From an uncultured Chloroflexia bacterium (GTDB lineage Bacteria; Chloroflexota; Dehalococcoidia; GIF9; UBA5629): a stretch of DNA of 64,000 nt. Position 1 is the first letter of the stretch; each line of letters starts with the position of its first letter. The stretch spans positions 23,649-87,648 of the forward strand of contig CAWJIA010000011.1 of the NCBI GenBank assembly GCA_963842805.1. The letters are read 5' to 3'. A program made the position numbers and the translations under genes. The notes beneath the pieces are model-generated. The model saw only the letters and a program-made list of their open reading frames with translations, was not told the DNA's origin and did not search any database. Shown piece by piece: positions 20,552-29,907 of the stretch.

Positions 20552-21337
20552 TCAGGCTCCGGGCACCAGTAAAGCTATAAACAAATATATTTCCCTGCCC
20601 CACACCAAAGTCACCAGCGTACCCAAAGCCAGGAATAATCCGAAGGAAACAGGCTCGGTAAGTTTCCTGAGTCTGAGTATTACCAGGACTATTGCGGTCA
20701 GGCCACCCGTCAAAACCGCCAGGTATATTGCTGCCATGACCAGGGGAAAACCCACCATAACGCCGATCAACCCTCCCATTACAACATCGCCCAATCCTAT
20801 GACTTCTTTTTTGAATAGCCTGGCTATGCACCAGATTAGAAAGAAAAATCCGAAGCCTGAGGCAAATCCGATAGCTGCATTGACTATATCGGGAGATAAG
20901 CCTGCGAGAGTTTTGACCAATGTAATTATCAGGGCAATCCCGATGGCTGGATAGATAATTATTCCCGGTAATAAACCGCTCTCCAGGTCGGTGATGGATA
21001 GTACTACCAGGATGGAGATGTAGAGTAGGACAACCGGCAACTGCCATTGCAGTCCCAATACGGCCCATGCCAGCACAAAGAGCAGCCCTGTCATCAGCTC
21101 TACCAGCATCGACCTTAATGCTATGCCGGCGCCGCAGTAACGGCACCTGCCCCTTAATACAACATAGCTGACAACAGGTATGAGATCTCTTGTTTCCAGT
21201 GGATGACCGCACTGGAAACAATGGGACGGGGGGGATATAATCGATTTATGCTGGGGCACCCGGTCCGCCACGACATTCAAAAAACTGCCGAAGCTAATGC
21301 CGATCAAGAAAAAAATAAGCGCTAAAACAATTTCCAA
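20552..21337 (-). CDS. pilD: Prepilin peptidase (A24 family)
   Basis: 261 aa polytopic membrane protein; N-terminal CxxC...CxxC zinc motif (CFQCGH...CRYCG) and conserved D-containing GLGDVVMGGLIG segment. Confidence 0.85.
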   Translation of the reverse strand: MEIVLALIFFLIGISFGSFLNVVADRVPQHKSIISPPSHCFQCGHPLETRDLIPVVSYVVLRGRCRYCGAGIALRSMLVELMTGLLFVLAWAVLGLQWQLPVVLLYISILVVLSITDLESGLLPGIIIYPAIGIALIITLVKTLAGLSPDIVNAAIGFASGFGFFFLIWCIARLFKKEVIGLGDVVMGGLIGVMVGFPLVMAAIYLAVLTGGLTAIVLVILRLRKLTEPVSFGLFLALGTLVTLVWGREIYLFIALLVPGA

Positions 21338-21342
21338 GTGAT

Positions 21343-23814
21343 TTAATTACTTCTGTGTATTTTTGATTCTTTATCCATCAAGCCGCTGACGATTTCTTGT
21401 CCTTCGGTTTGAAATCCGCTTCCATTGTTCAACATAGCATCAACGACGCCTGCCAACAAGGTAATATCCTCGTCCGGTACAATTGCGGCCGATTTCTTAA
21501 AGGCCTGAACGGAGCCCTGGTAGTCCCCACCGTAGATATCGGAAATACCCAACAACATATATCCCTTCCAGTTGACTCCGTCACTATCAATGCGGGATTT
21601 TAAAGCACCGATTACCGAATCTATTTCACCAGCCCTGTAAGTGTTCAATACACTGCAAAAGTTCATATAGTAGGTTACATCTTTCACATCATCCTTAATA
21701 GGCGTGATAAGAAAATCAGCCGCCGCCCGGTTATCGCCTCTATATATTTGCAGCAGTCCCTGAAAAAATGAGGTCTGTATCCACAGCGGGTCGCTCTTTG
21801 TAGAGTCAGCTAATTTCTGTTCCGCAGCTTGATGATCTCCTTTGAAAATCAGCGCCAGCGCCCATTTGTTTAAAATCACCGGATTGGCCGGGAATATCCG
21901 GTCGGCTTTCTCATATAGGCCAAGGGCATCATTAAATTTGTCTTTATTACCGTTCAGAGCCCAGTAGACGTCCACATCAGCCAGCCTGTAATACCAGATA
22001 GCCATGGCCGGGTCCACGCGGATAGCCTCCTTGTAAGCTGACTCACTGAGGGAGAGCAGTTTTAACTGCTCTTGGGGGTCCTTGCTCTCTTGAGCCATCA
22101 TATAAGCCAGGTTGCCCAGGAAGTTCTGATAGTAAGATTGCTGGGGTTCAATCCTTACCGCCTCGCTATACATGGCCATAGCAGCATTCTTATCTTTGTT
22201 ATATAGGCTGAGGCCGCTCTCAACATAGGTATTAGCCAGTAACGGAGTGACGGTAAGGCCGGCTCCGATAATAATAAATATTGCAAATACTATCACTGCC
22301 ATGAATTTCCTTATCAGGCCGGGTCCTGTTCCCTCGGGTTTACACACTTCATTCAACATGCCGGCAGGCTGTTTGGGCAGGTTAATCTCTGCCGCGGAGT
22401 CGATTTTGATATTGGCCACGGTCAGCGCTAAAACCAGCCAGAACACCAGCTCCGGCGTGATAACCGACGGGTCGAAAAATACATGGGCACAGTATTGCAC
22501 AATGGCAGCAATGAAAGCCGACATAAGCAGAATTGAATCCCTTTCACCGCTTCGCAGCAGATATTTGAAGCCCATGTAGAAGAATATGCCTAGGATGACC
22601 AGGAAGGCCAGCAATCCCAGGATGCCCAGGGTCAGTGCCAGGTACAGATAATGGTTTTCGGGCTGCGAGATAACCAGCGACCCAAAGGTATATGTGCCTT
22701 TCCAGGCGGGAGGAAACCTGGTCTGTGACACGGCTATGAACGTTTCGGGCCCATATCCGATGAGGCGCCGTAAGCCGTGCAGATTATCCTGCAGATAGGG
22801 TATTTCAGGTGACTGAGTAATTACTTCGAGGGCGCACTGCCAGGTCTGTAAACGGATAGGCAACGTTCCCAGCCCAACCTGTTCGGCAACTGTGGCGCCG
22901 GGATTGCGGCTCTCGCCGGGTGCAACGCCGTTTTGTGGAACCAGCATCTGCCCCAGCAGTACGGCAGCAATAATGCCAACCAGTACGAGGGAAAAAATGC
23001 TGAGGGCCAGAGTTGCCCTCCTCTGCAGGAAAATCCCCGCTAACACAAAGAAAGCGAAAATCCCTATTATGAATAGCAGCAGGGTGATGGAATATTGCGC
23101 CAGTGCCAGGCAACACATCTGCAGGACAAATACCACCAGCAGGCCGATGAACCTGACCCACTTCCGGGTTCTGGACAACGGCGCATACCAGGTCAGTACG
23201 ATTAAAGCCAGCGTGACCGGCAAAATCATGGCTATGAAACCGCTTAACGATAGTGGGTTGCCGTCTATAGATACTACCCTGCCGCCCAATAAACCCCACG
23301 GCGCAAGGAAAAATTGCACTATGCCGATCAAACAAACTATGGCTGAAGATATCACCAGCGCATACAGGGCACGGTAAACCTGTTGGCGTGATCTTACTTT
23401 CTGTGACAGGATCAGGAAAAAGATGATCCAGGATATATTGGGGAGCAAGCCTACACTGCCCGCCAAATTCCCCCAGAGGCTCTTATAGGGCATGATGGAA
23501 CAGGCGGTCGATATCATCCATATCAAACCGAAGACCAGTACCGCAACCTGCAGCGGCGATGATTTTACTCTATCAGTTAAGTCCCTCCAACTAATTTCAT
23601 GCTTCCGGAGCAGCCACTGAGCCAGCGCCAGGCCCAGTAATGCGCACACCAGGAAAACCAGTGTAAGCGATTTAACAAAATAATAGGGGTCGAGGCAAAA
23701 AGGATCGTAAGCAAGGGGAACCAGGAAGATCGTCAGCAGCCAGATACATTCGATGGCTGTCTCCAGCCTGCCAAACAATTTGCTGCTTCGATTGCTGATC
23801 AATTCCATTAGCAT
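21343..23814 (-). CDS. Polytopic membrane protein with Wzy_C/O-antigen-ligase-like core and C-terminal TPR-repeat domain
   Basis: 823 aa; ~12 predicted TM helices in first ~470 aa, then soluble repeat domain with TPR-like helical periodicity (AYKEAIRVDPAMAIWYYRLA..., ALGLYEKADRIFPANP...); sits between prepilin peptidase and pilin. Confidence 0.5.
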   Translation of the reverse strand: MLMELISNRSSKLFGRLETAIECIWLLTIFLVPLAYDPFCLDPYYFVKSLTLVFLVCALLGLALAQWLLRKHEISWRDLTDRVKSSPLQVAVLVFGLIWMISTACSIMPYKSLWGNLAGSVGLLPNISWIIFFLILSQKVRSRQQVYRALYALVISSAIVCLIGIVQFFLAPWGLLGGRVVSIDGNPLSLSGFIAMILPVTLALIVLTWYAPLSRTRKWVRFIGLLVVFVLQMCCLALAQYSITLLLFIIGIFAFFVLAGIFLQRRATLALSIFSLVLVGIIAAVLLGQMLVPQNGVAPGESRNPGATVAEQVGLGTLPIRLQTWQCALEVITQSPEIPYLQDNLHGLRRLIGYGPETFIAVSQTRFPPAWKGTYTFGSLVISQPENHYLYLALTLGILGLLAFLVILGIFFYMGFKYLLRSGERDSILLMSAFIAAIVQYCAHVFFDPSVITPELVFWLVLALTVANIKIDSAAEINLPKQPAGMLNEVCKPEGTGPGLIRKFMAVIVFAIFIIIGAGLTVTPLLANTYVESGLSLYNKDKNAAMAMYSEAVRIEPQQSYYQNFLGNLAYMMAQESKDPQEQLKLLSLSESAYKEAIRVDPAMAIWYYRLADVDVYWALNGNKDKFNDALGLYEKADRIFPANPVILNKWALALIFKGDHQAAEQKLADSTKSDPLWIQTSFFQGLLQIYRGDNRAAADFLITPIKDDVKDVTYYMNFCSVLNTYRAGEIDSVIGALKSRIDSDGVNWKGYMLLGISDIYGGDYQGSVQAFKKSAAIVPDEDITLLAGVVDAMLNNGSGFQTEGQEIVSGLMDKESKIHRSN

Positions 23815-23879
23815 CTATAGCGGGACATGCGCTGTTTTTCACTTATTATACTATGCCGCGGGCAACTTTGGATTATACC

Positions 23880-23912
23880 AAAATGTGACCTTAGTACTAT
23901 GAAAATGTGACC
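23880..23912 (+). promoter_or_regulatory. Two direct repeats AAAATGTGACC spaced 22 bp, just upstream of pilin promoter
   Basis: exact 11-bp repeats at 23880-23890 and 23902-23912. Confidence 0.4.
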
Positions 23913-23921
23913 AATTGGCTA

Positions 23922-23949
23922 TTTACATTACGATCGGGGTCGGTATAAT
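23922..23949 (+). promoter_or_regulatory. Putative pilin promoter (TTTACA-16-TATAAT)
   Basis: TTTACA 23922-23927, TATAAT 23944-23949; strong RBS aaggagg before ATG 24039. Confidence 0.45.
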
Positions 23950-24038
23950 TGAATCGTAGGACAAAAATGGGATCAGAAGATTAACGTAGCCGGTCAGGTC
24001 GATCCGGCTTGTTGAGCAGCTAATTAAGGAGGTAACTT

Positions 24039-24344
24039 ATGAAATTATTTAAATCAGCACAAAAGGGTTTTACGCTAATCGAGTTGTTGGTGGTCATTTC
24101 CATCCTGGGTGTGCTCGCCGCTGTGGTAATACTGAACGTTACCAAGTACATGAGCGCTGGTAAGGAGCAGGCTGCGGCAACCGAGCTGGCCAATGTACAG
24201 ACGGCAGTATCAGCCTATATGTATGACAACACCGGCGCCGTCCCGTCCGGTCAGGCGGCACTATCCCCCTATTTCCTGGGCTCGCCGCATGGAACCTATT
24301 CCATTGACACGTACGGCAAGGTAACCCAGACATCCTACCCGTAA
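24039..24344 (+). CDS. pilA: Type IV major pilin (prepilin-type N-terminal cleavage/methylation domain)
   Basis: 101 aa; leader MKLFKSAQKG followed by FTLIELLVVISILGVLAAVV class III signal peptide. Confidence 0.85.
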   Translation: MKLFKSAQKGFTLIELLVVISILGVLAAVVILNVTKYMSAGKEQAAATELANVQTAVSAYMYDNTGAVPSGQAALSPYFLGSPHGTYSIDTYGKVTQTSYP

Positions 24345-24373
24345 AAACAATCAGCTAACGTAATCCGGATATA

Positions 24374-24416
24374 AAAGAGAGCGTGGACTAAAATCCACGC
24401 TCTCTTTATGCTGTTT
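24374..24416. terminator. Bidirectional rho-independent terminator between pilin (+) and pilT (-)
   Basis: aaagagagcgtgga-ctaaaa-tccacgctctcttt 14-bp perfect stem, T-runs on both strands. Confidence 0.75.
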
Positions 24417-24423
24417 TCATGCT

Positions 24424-25494
24424 TCATGGAAACCCATTATCCGACCTCAATATTTTGTTTATATCGTCTGCATCCTGGCAGAAGGCATATACCGATTCCC
24501 GCGATATTACCTTTTTCCTGAACAGGTCTACCAGCGCGTCATCCAGCGTCTTCATCCCCAGATTGGCGCTGGTGCGAATGGTGTTGGGAATCAGGAAAGG
24601 TTTCCCCTCCCTGATAAGGTTTTTAACAGCCGCGGTGGCCAGCATGATTTCCACGGCAGCCACACGTCCTCCGCCTATACGCGGCACCAGCACCTGGCAG
24701 AAAACCGCCAGTAGCGTTGATGCCAGCCTGGCCTGGGCCATCTGCCTCTCATGGGGCGGGAACAGGTCCACAATCCTCTCAACGGATTGGGCTGCGCTGG
24801 GAGCATGCCCGGTGGATAGCACCAGATGGCCTGTTTCGGCTACGGTCAGGACGGCGGAGGCCGTCTCAAGGTCCCTCATTTCACCTACCAGTATCACATC
24901 CGGGTCCTGCCTCAGCACATACTTTAAAGCATTAACGAACGAATGTGTATCCTGATCGAGCTCCCTCTGTGAGAAGGCGCATTTAAGGCCGGGGTGAACG
25001 TATTCGATAGGGTCTTCGATGGTAACGACATACCTCTGCAGCGAGTGGTTAAGGTGATTGAACATAGCAGCAATGGTCGTGCTTTTACCTGAGCCGGTGG
25101 GGCCGGTAACCAGTATCAGGCCCCTGGGACGTATTATCAGCTCCTTGGCAATATCCGGCAGCCCGATCTCTTCTACCGTCGGTATATGGTCCGACAAAAT
25201 ACGTATGGCCAAACTGATCGAGCCCTGCTGCCAGCAGGCATTACACCGGCCGCGCCCACCACCGGGAAGCTCATGCGCAAAATCAACTTCCAGCTCGCTC
25301 TTTAACAAATCCCTCAAATGCGTATTCGCGACCTGGTGAAAGAGGCGCTCTATTTCCTCGCCCGCCATGATCCCGAACTCGGGGAACGGCTTTAACTCGC
25401 CGTCAATCCTCAATATGGGAGGTACGCCTGCTACCAGATGGAGGTCGGAGCCTTTTTTATCTTGTGCCAGCTTTATCAAATCCTGGATATTCAT
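24424..25494 (-). CDS. pilT: Type IV pilus retraction ATPase PilT
   Basis: 356 aa; Walker A GPTGSGKST, ...GHLVLST, PilT-type AIRNLIRE-like motif (AVKNLIREGK). Confidence 0.9.
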   Translation of the reverse strand: MNIQDLIKLAQDKKGSDLHLVAGVPPILRIDGELKPFPEFGIMAGEEIERLFHQVANTHLRDLLKSELEVDFAHELPGGGRGRCNACWQQGSISLAIRILSDHIPTVEEIGLPDIAKELIIRPRGLILVTGPTGSGKSTTIAAMFNHLNHSLQRYVVTIEDPIEYVHPGLKCAFSQRELDQDTHSFVNALKYVLRQDPDVILVGEMRDLETASAVLTVAETGHLVLSTGHAPSAAQSVERIVDLFPPHERQMAQARLASTLLAVFCQVLVPRIGGGRVAAVEIMLATAAVKNLIREGKPFLIPNTIRTSANLGMKTLDDALVDLFRKKVISRESVYAFCQDADDINKILRSDNGFP

Positions 25495-25528
25495 CTATGG
25501 CCTTTGGATCTCCTTGAGGTTCTGCTTT

Positions 25529-26938
25529 TTACCTGTCCGCTGTCAGGGTAATCTCAAATTGCGTTTGATTGTATGATGTGCTGGTTATGGAAGTCACATC
25601 TACCTTCTTATAATTTCCATTCTGCTTGAGGTTGCGGGCATAATCGAGCACCATATCCCCGTTGGGAGCTGTGCCCTGGACCACTATGCTTTGGCCATCA
25701 TCGTGGATGGACGTCAAATACATAAATCCAGGCAGGGGAGCCATTAAATCGCCCCAGTCCCTGTTGATAGAAGCTCTCTCCTGCGCCAGATAATCCAGCG
25801 GAGCTTTTAAGGCATTAAGTGTTTGCTGGTACTGGTCGCGTTGTTGGGCGGCTTTATCTCCCTGCTCTTTGACATTTTTCTGCGTATCCACAACCTGCTT
25901 TGTTTTCTCATTGACCAGCATTTGCAGGCTATTATTCTGTGCGGCTGTCGAGCTATAAAGGACATAGGTGGCAATAAATATTACTGAAGCAAGGGCCAGG
26001 GCGAAAAGTGGAAGCGTGCTGGTTCTGGCCGCAGGTTTAGCAGCGGCCAGCCGGGGCATGACATCGATATTGACCCTCATCAGCCTGGCCGCGGCGCCGG
26101 TACCCCTCAGGGCCATACCGGTATTGGCGGCAAACCTGCCCTCATCGGCCCCGGCGGGATAAACCAGCTTAGAAGGCAGAGGTCTTATACTGTACGGAAT
26201 AACCTGCGCCAGGCCCTCGCTCAGATCGCCGCTCAGGAAGCACCTTGCATTCTTGTCCAATTGCCTGTCGGCATGGCTGGAATTATAAAAATTGACCGTC
26301 CTGATAATTTCATCGTTGATGATGGATATTTTATCGGGCTGGCTCATGTCTGTTTGAGCAAAAGTCAGGCTGCGCATCAGCTCGGGTATCCCCGAGTCCA
26401 GCACGCTGATATCAAAGCCGTTTACCTGGACATTGACCACCACGGCGGTCTGTTCATCCACCACCCGGTCTACGGCCAGCGGCTTAAGCTCCAGCGATTT
26501 TAGCCTCAGGCCGCACAGCTTCAGGGTATCTATCACCGAGTCGACATTATCACGGGGCAAACCCAGCAAGCACAGTGCCGATTCAACACCCGATATTTTG
26601 ATGTCCTGCCAGGATGTATAAAGGGTTTCCAGCGGGACGGGACTGACGCGTTCCATCTCTTTCCGGGCGGCCTCCGCCAGCAAACCCCTTTCGAGCCTGG
26701 GCACATATACCACCCGGTAAATTGAGTGCACGCCGCTCACGCAGGCTATGGCTTCCCTCTCGCGGATATTGTTGGTGGTAAGCAGGTTAATGATTTGCTG
26801 ACTTACGGAATCTTTATCAATAACCACTCCATTCTGCACCCAACCGGCCGTCAAATTCCCTTCAACGGCGGAAATCACCCGTTTGCCGCTGACCCGGGTT
26901 ATCCTTACCGAATCATCTTCAATATTAAGCGTTAACAT
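25529..26938 (-). CDS. Fused PilM (actin-like) - PilN (TM + coiled coil) pilus alignment protein
   Basis: 469 aa; N-terminal ~300 aa PilM-like; then TM segment LFALALASVIFIATYVLY and Gln-rich coiled coil plus C-terminal domain typical of PilN. Confidence 0.7.
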   Translation of the reverse strand: MLTLNIEDDSVRITRVSGKRVISAVEGNLTAGWVQNGVVIDKDSVSQQIINLLTTNNIREREAIACVSGVHSIYRVVYVPRLERGLLAEAARKEMERVSPVPLETLYTSWQDIKISGVESALCLLGLPRDNVDSVIDTLKLCGLRLKSLELKPLAVDRVVDEQTAVVVNVQVNGFDISVLDSGIPELMRSLTFAQTDMSQPDKISIINDEIIRTVNFYNSSHADRQLDKNARCFLSGDLSEGLAQVIPYSIRPLPSKLVYPAGADEGRFAANTGMALRGTGAAARLMRVNIDVMPRLAAAKPAARTSTLPLFALALASVIFIATYVLYSSTAAQNNSLQMLVNEKTKQVVDTQKNVKEQGDKAAQQRDQYQQTLNALKAPLDYLAQERASINRDWGDLMAPLPGFMYLTSIHDDGQSIVVQGTAPNGDMVLDYARNLKQNGNYKKVDVTSITSTSYNQTQFEITLTADR

Positions 26939-26953
26939 TTTTTCATGACGTTC

Positions 26954-27553
26954 TCATTGATTAGTACAAAACACCGTCAATGTAATAGTGGCCTGGTCCG
27001 GAAGCCCCTGGGCCTGAGCAGGCTGCATGGTTATATCCGTAGCTACGCTGGACGGCAAAGTTTTATCCAGGTCCCTAATGAAATTCAGAAAATTCTGGAT
27101 CCAGCCATTCATGCCCAGTGCATAAATAGTCACTGGATAGTCTGTTCCCTGTATTTGAGACGTGCCAGATGAGATGGACATGGAAGTGATGGTAATATCA
27201 TATTGAAATGCCAGGTTGATCAATTTCTGCGCTGTCTCGACGCTGTCGCAGGCATTCCCGTAAATTGCTCTCTGAGCGGCGATGTCGGAGCTTAATTTGC
27301 TTATTTCACTGTCCACGGAGGTCTGCGCAGTTAATTGCCCTTGGAGATTATTGTACTGCGTGCCCAATTCCGCCAGCCTGTTATTTAAGGCGCTCTGCCT
27401 GTAGATCTCGTCCGAGTAGGACATCGCGATGGGCACGATAGCCATCAGAAACAGGGCGCCTACTATGATCAGCCAGACGGACGTGCTCAGGCGGGGTAGC
27501 CTTTGCAACAGGCTACTCGTGGCACTTTTGGAATAATTAGCGGGTGGACGCAA
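26954..27553 (-). CDS. PilO-like pilus assembly protein (N-terminal TM, coiled coil, C-terminal domain)
   Basis: 199 aa; TM VWLIIVGALFLMAIVPIAM followed by coiled-coil RLAELGTQYNNLQGQL. Confidence 0.6.
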   Translation of the reverse strand: MRPPANYSKSATSSLLQRLPRLSTSVWLIIVGALFLMAIVPIAMSYSDEIYRQSALNNRLAELGTQYNNLQGQLTAQTSVDSEISKLSSDIAAQRAIYGNACDSVETAQKLINLAFQYDITITSMSISSGTSQIQGTDYPVTIYALGMNGWIQNFLNFIRDLDKTLPSSVATDITMQPAQAQGLPDQATITLTVFCTNQ

Positions 27554-27638
27554 TTCTATTTATTCCTACCAGCCTATTGCGCATATTATACATTAAATAA
27601 GTCTGTTTTAACCCGTCTCTCTATTTTAACAGAGTATC

Positions 27639-28889
27639 TCACTGATAATTGTAGCCAATTAAAAGGGGCGTACCACCCAGGCCTGCGCCGGGTATCTGGG
27701 TCTCCGAGTGGATGCCGCTCATGTACTTGATAATTGCGCTTCCTTGCATCGTGATGCTCTTGGCTATAACAGATCCGTACACGTAAGCGGAACCGCTCAG
27801 AGTGGCATCTGCATTGGGCGCATATATAACGGCTGCTACTTGTCCGCTGCCGCCGATAGTAACCGTAGTGCCCTGACAGATTATAAAGGGTATATTCCCT
27901 GCCACAAGGTTTGCGTTAGCGCTTCCGTCTAACGTTAGATTTCCTCCACATACAATTGTATACGCCCCATCCACTACGCCGCTATTTGCAATATGCAGGT
28001 TGCCCGTGCAATACACTGTGCCATTCAAATGGACTGTGACGCTGCCCCCTATGGTCAGGTCGCCGGTTATATAGGCCGGGCCCGGGAATGTATAAGTCCC
28101 ATAGCCCGGCACAGGGCTACTGCCGTAATGGGTGCCGGCGCTGGCCTGGTTGATGAAAGTCTGGACGTTAACAGTATATGAGACGGGGGCAGCGCTGGTC
28201 ACCGTGCTGCCGTCACACGTGCCGGTATTGCAGTTGCTGATCGTTGCCGTCCCGGTTGCCGATGCCACACCCTGCGCAGCAGTGCCTGAACCGCAGGTAT
28301 TGCAGGCAGAACAGCATGTGCCTCCTACCGTTGCACTTGGCGTTAAAGTTATATTCCCGTTGGCATAAATATTGCCATAGTTGCCGGCCTGCCTACCATC
28401 GGATAGTATATGGGCTCCGCCTGTCATCGAAAAATTACCATTGAGGCTGGCTGCTGCCTGGTTGAATATATTGTTGCCGGGCGCCGGAACCCGGATTAGC
28501 GCAATTACCTTTGCCCGGGTTTTACCGGCCGAGGCCGCGCTGGATGTAATCGTATAATTATCGTATGAGTTATCGGGAGCCCGGCTATCCGCCGCCGCTA
28601 CCGTCACCGTCATCCCGTTTATTGGATTAGGAATAGTAGGAAGATAAGTAGAAGTAATATTGTTGGGGTTTGTATTCCAGTACCAGTACAGTGCCTGGAT
28701 GCCCGAATCGGCCGCATAATAAGCCGCCATGTCCTGCTGAGCATTGGAGTTAATGGTCAGGAGTGAATACATGAACCCCAGCCCGGGCACAACTATTAAA
28801 GTTGCCGCAACAAGAAGTATCAAAGCCAGGGGCAATATCATGCCGCGCTCTTTACGGCCGATTTTTCTCAGAAACTTCTTAAATCTCAC
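27639..28889 (-). CDS. PilX_N-domain large minor pilin-like protein, Gly/Thr/Asn/Ser-rich beta-repeat body
   Basis: N-terminal hydrophobic anchor GMILPLALILLVAATLIV and AAYYAADSGIQ motif typical of PilX N-terminal domain; 416 aa. Confidence 0.6.
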   Translation of the reverse strand: MRFKKFLRKIGRKERGMILPLALILLVAATLIVVPGLGFMYSLLTINSNAQQDMAAYYAADSGIQALYWYWNTNPNNITSTYLPTIPNPINGMTVTVAAADSRAPDNSYDNYTITSSAASAGKTRAKVIALIRVPAPGNNIFNQAAASLNGNFSMTGGAHILSDGRQAGNYGNIYANGNITLTPSATVGGTCCSACNTCGSGTAAQGVASATGTATISNCNTGTCDGSTVTSAAPVSYTVNVQTFINQASAGTHYGSSPVPGYGTYTFPGPAYITGDLTIGGSVTVHLNGTVYCTGNLHIANSGVVDGAYTIVCGGNLTLDGSANANLVAGNIPFIICQGTTVTIGGSGQVAAVIYAPNADATLSGSAYVYGSVIAKSITMQGSAIIKYMSGIHSETQIPGAGLGGTPLLIGYNYQ

Positions 28890-29422
28890 AATGCACCCAA
28901 CTGCGGCGGCATCCTCTGGTAAAACTTGAATGTTATATTGTCGCTGGCATATTTATTTGTACCCAAACTTTTAGCCGCCCTTATAGTTAGTAAATATGTG
29001 TTATTCTCTGTAATCGTTGGATTGACCTTAATAAAAGAGGTACTGGCCGGGTCTATATATTGCGCGATGTATTTCCCGTTGCGCAGCAAGTTCCCATTGG
29101 TTATTCTATAGGTGACGGTGCTGCGAGTGAATGCGCTCCCGCTCCATTGATAGCAGGTCATCGAGCACAGGTTGCCTGGAGAGACGGCCGTTATATTGTC
29201 GGCGCTGGCAACGTCTTTAGCTATCGATGCTCCGGCCTGGTGGACCTGAGCCAGCACTATAGCCTGCGCCATACCGGAGCTCGTCACCCTGGTCGCCTCG
29301 CTGAATGTCAGGGCCATAACCGCGCTCGCCCCACCGATGATTGACAGGATAATAATAAGTTCAAGCAGTGTAAAACCCCTGCTCCACTTTGCAGCCGCAT
29401 TGCCCTTTTTAAAAATATTCAT
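28886..29422 (-). CDS. Minor pilin (prepilin-type N-terminal methylation domain)
   Basis: leader ...KWSRG then FTLLELIIILSIIGGASAV; ATGA overlap with upstream gene. Confidence 0.75.
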   Translation of the reverse strand: MNIFKKGNAAAKWSRGFTLLELIIILSIIGGASAVMALTFSEATRVTSSGMAQAIVLAQVHQAGASIAKDVASADNITAVSPGNLCSMTCYQWSGSAFTRSTVTYRITNGNLLRNGKYIAQYIDPASTSFIKVNPTITENNTYLLTIRAAKSLGTNKYASDNITFKFYQRMPPQLGAL

Positions 29423-29432
29423 ATTATGTAAT

Positions 29433-29903
29433 CTAATAGCCGATAATATATTCGGTCATTCCCGCCTCTTGCTTGTTATTATATTTAACGGTAACTGTCA
29501 CCTGCTGGATTTTGGGGTCGCTGTTATACGGCGATGCGCCTAGCGAAGCACCCTGCACGGTAACTGTATAGCCTGTATAACCCGGGGGAAGGCTGTTGTG
29601 AGAAGAATCCCAGGCCGGGTATCCGGGAGATCCACCCGGTATTGTATATGACCAGGGTGGCTTCCCAGCGGGTGTTCCAGCTTTGAGGATATTGGTCCAG
29701 TTGTCGCCGACAGACCTTACGTACTCCAACTCATAACGCGCCAGGCCCTCGGCTGTCATATTGGTGCGCGCAATATTATTGCCCTGGATGGTGGTATATA
29801 TACCGGCCACCAGGGTGACTCCTACAAAGCCCAGAATGGCGACGGCAACCAGGGCTTCCGCCAGGCTGACACCTCGCTCACCCCCAGCGCTTAACCACCG
29901 CAC
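29433..29903 (-). CDS. Minor pilin / pseudopilin (PilV-like)
   Basis: leader MRWLSAGGERG then VSLAEALVAVAILGFVGV. Confidence 0.65.
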   Translation of the reverse strand: MRWLSAGGERGVSLAEALVAVAILGFVGVTLVAGIYTTIQGNNIARTNMTAEGLARYELEYVRSVGDNWTNILKAGTPAGKPPWSYTIPGGSPGYPAWDSSHNSLPPGYTGYTVTVQGASLGASPYNSDPKIQQVTVTVKYNNKQEAGMTEYIIGY

Positions 29904-29907
29904 GCCT

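Noticed and set aside
20514-21221. 235-aa minus-strand ORF overlapping the prepilin peptidase gene in another frame
   Set aside because: Cys/Arg-rich low-complexity translation with no motif. The overlapping frame at 20552-21337 has clear A24 peptidase features.
22805-23335. 176-aa and 161-aa ORFs on both strands inside the Wzy_C/TPR membrane protein gene
   Set aside because: Overlap a long, well-supported polytopic membrane protein frame. The compositions are typical of out-of-frame translation.
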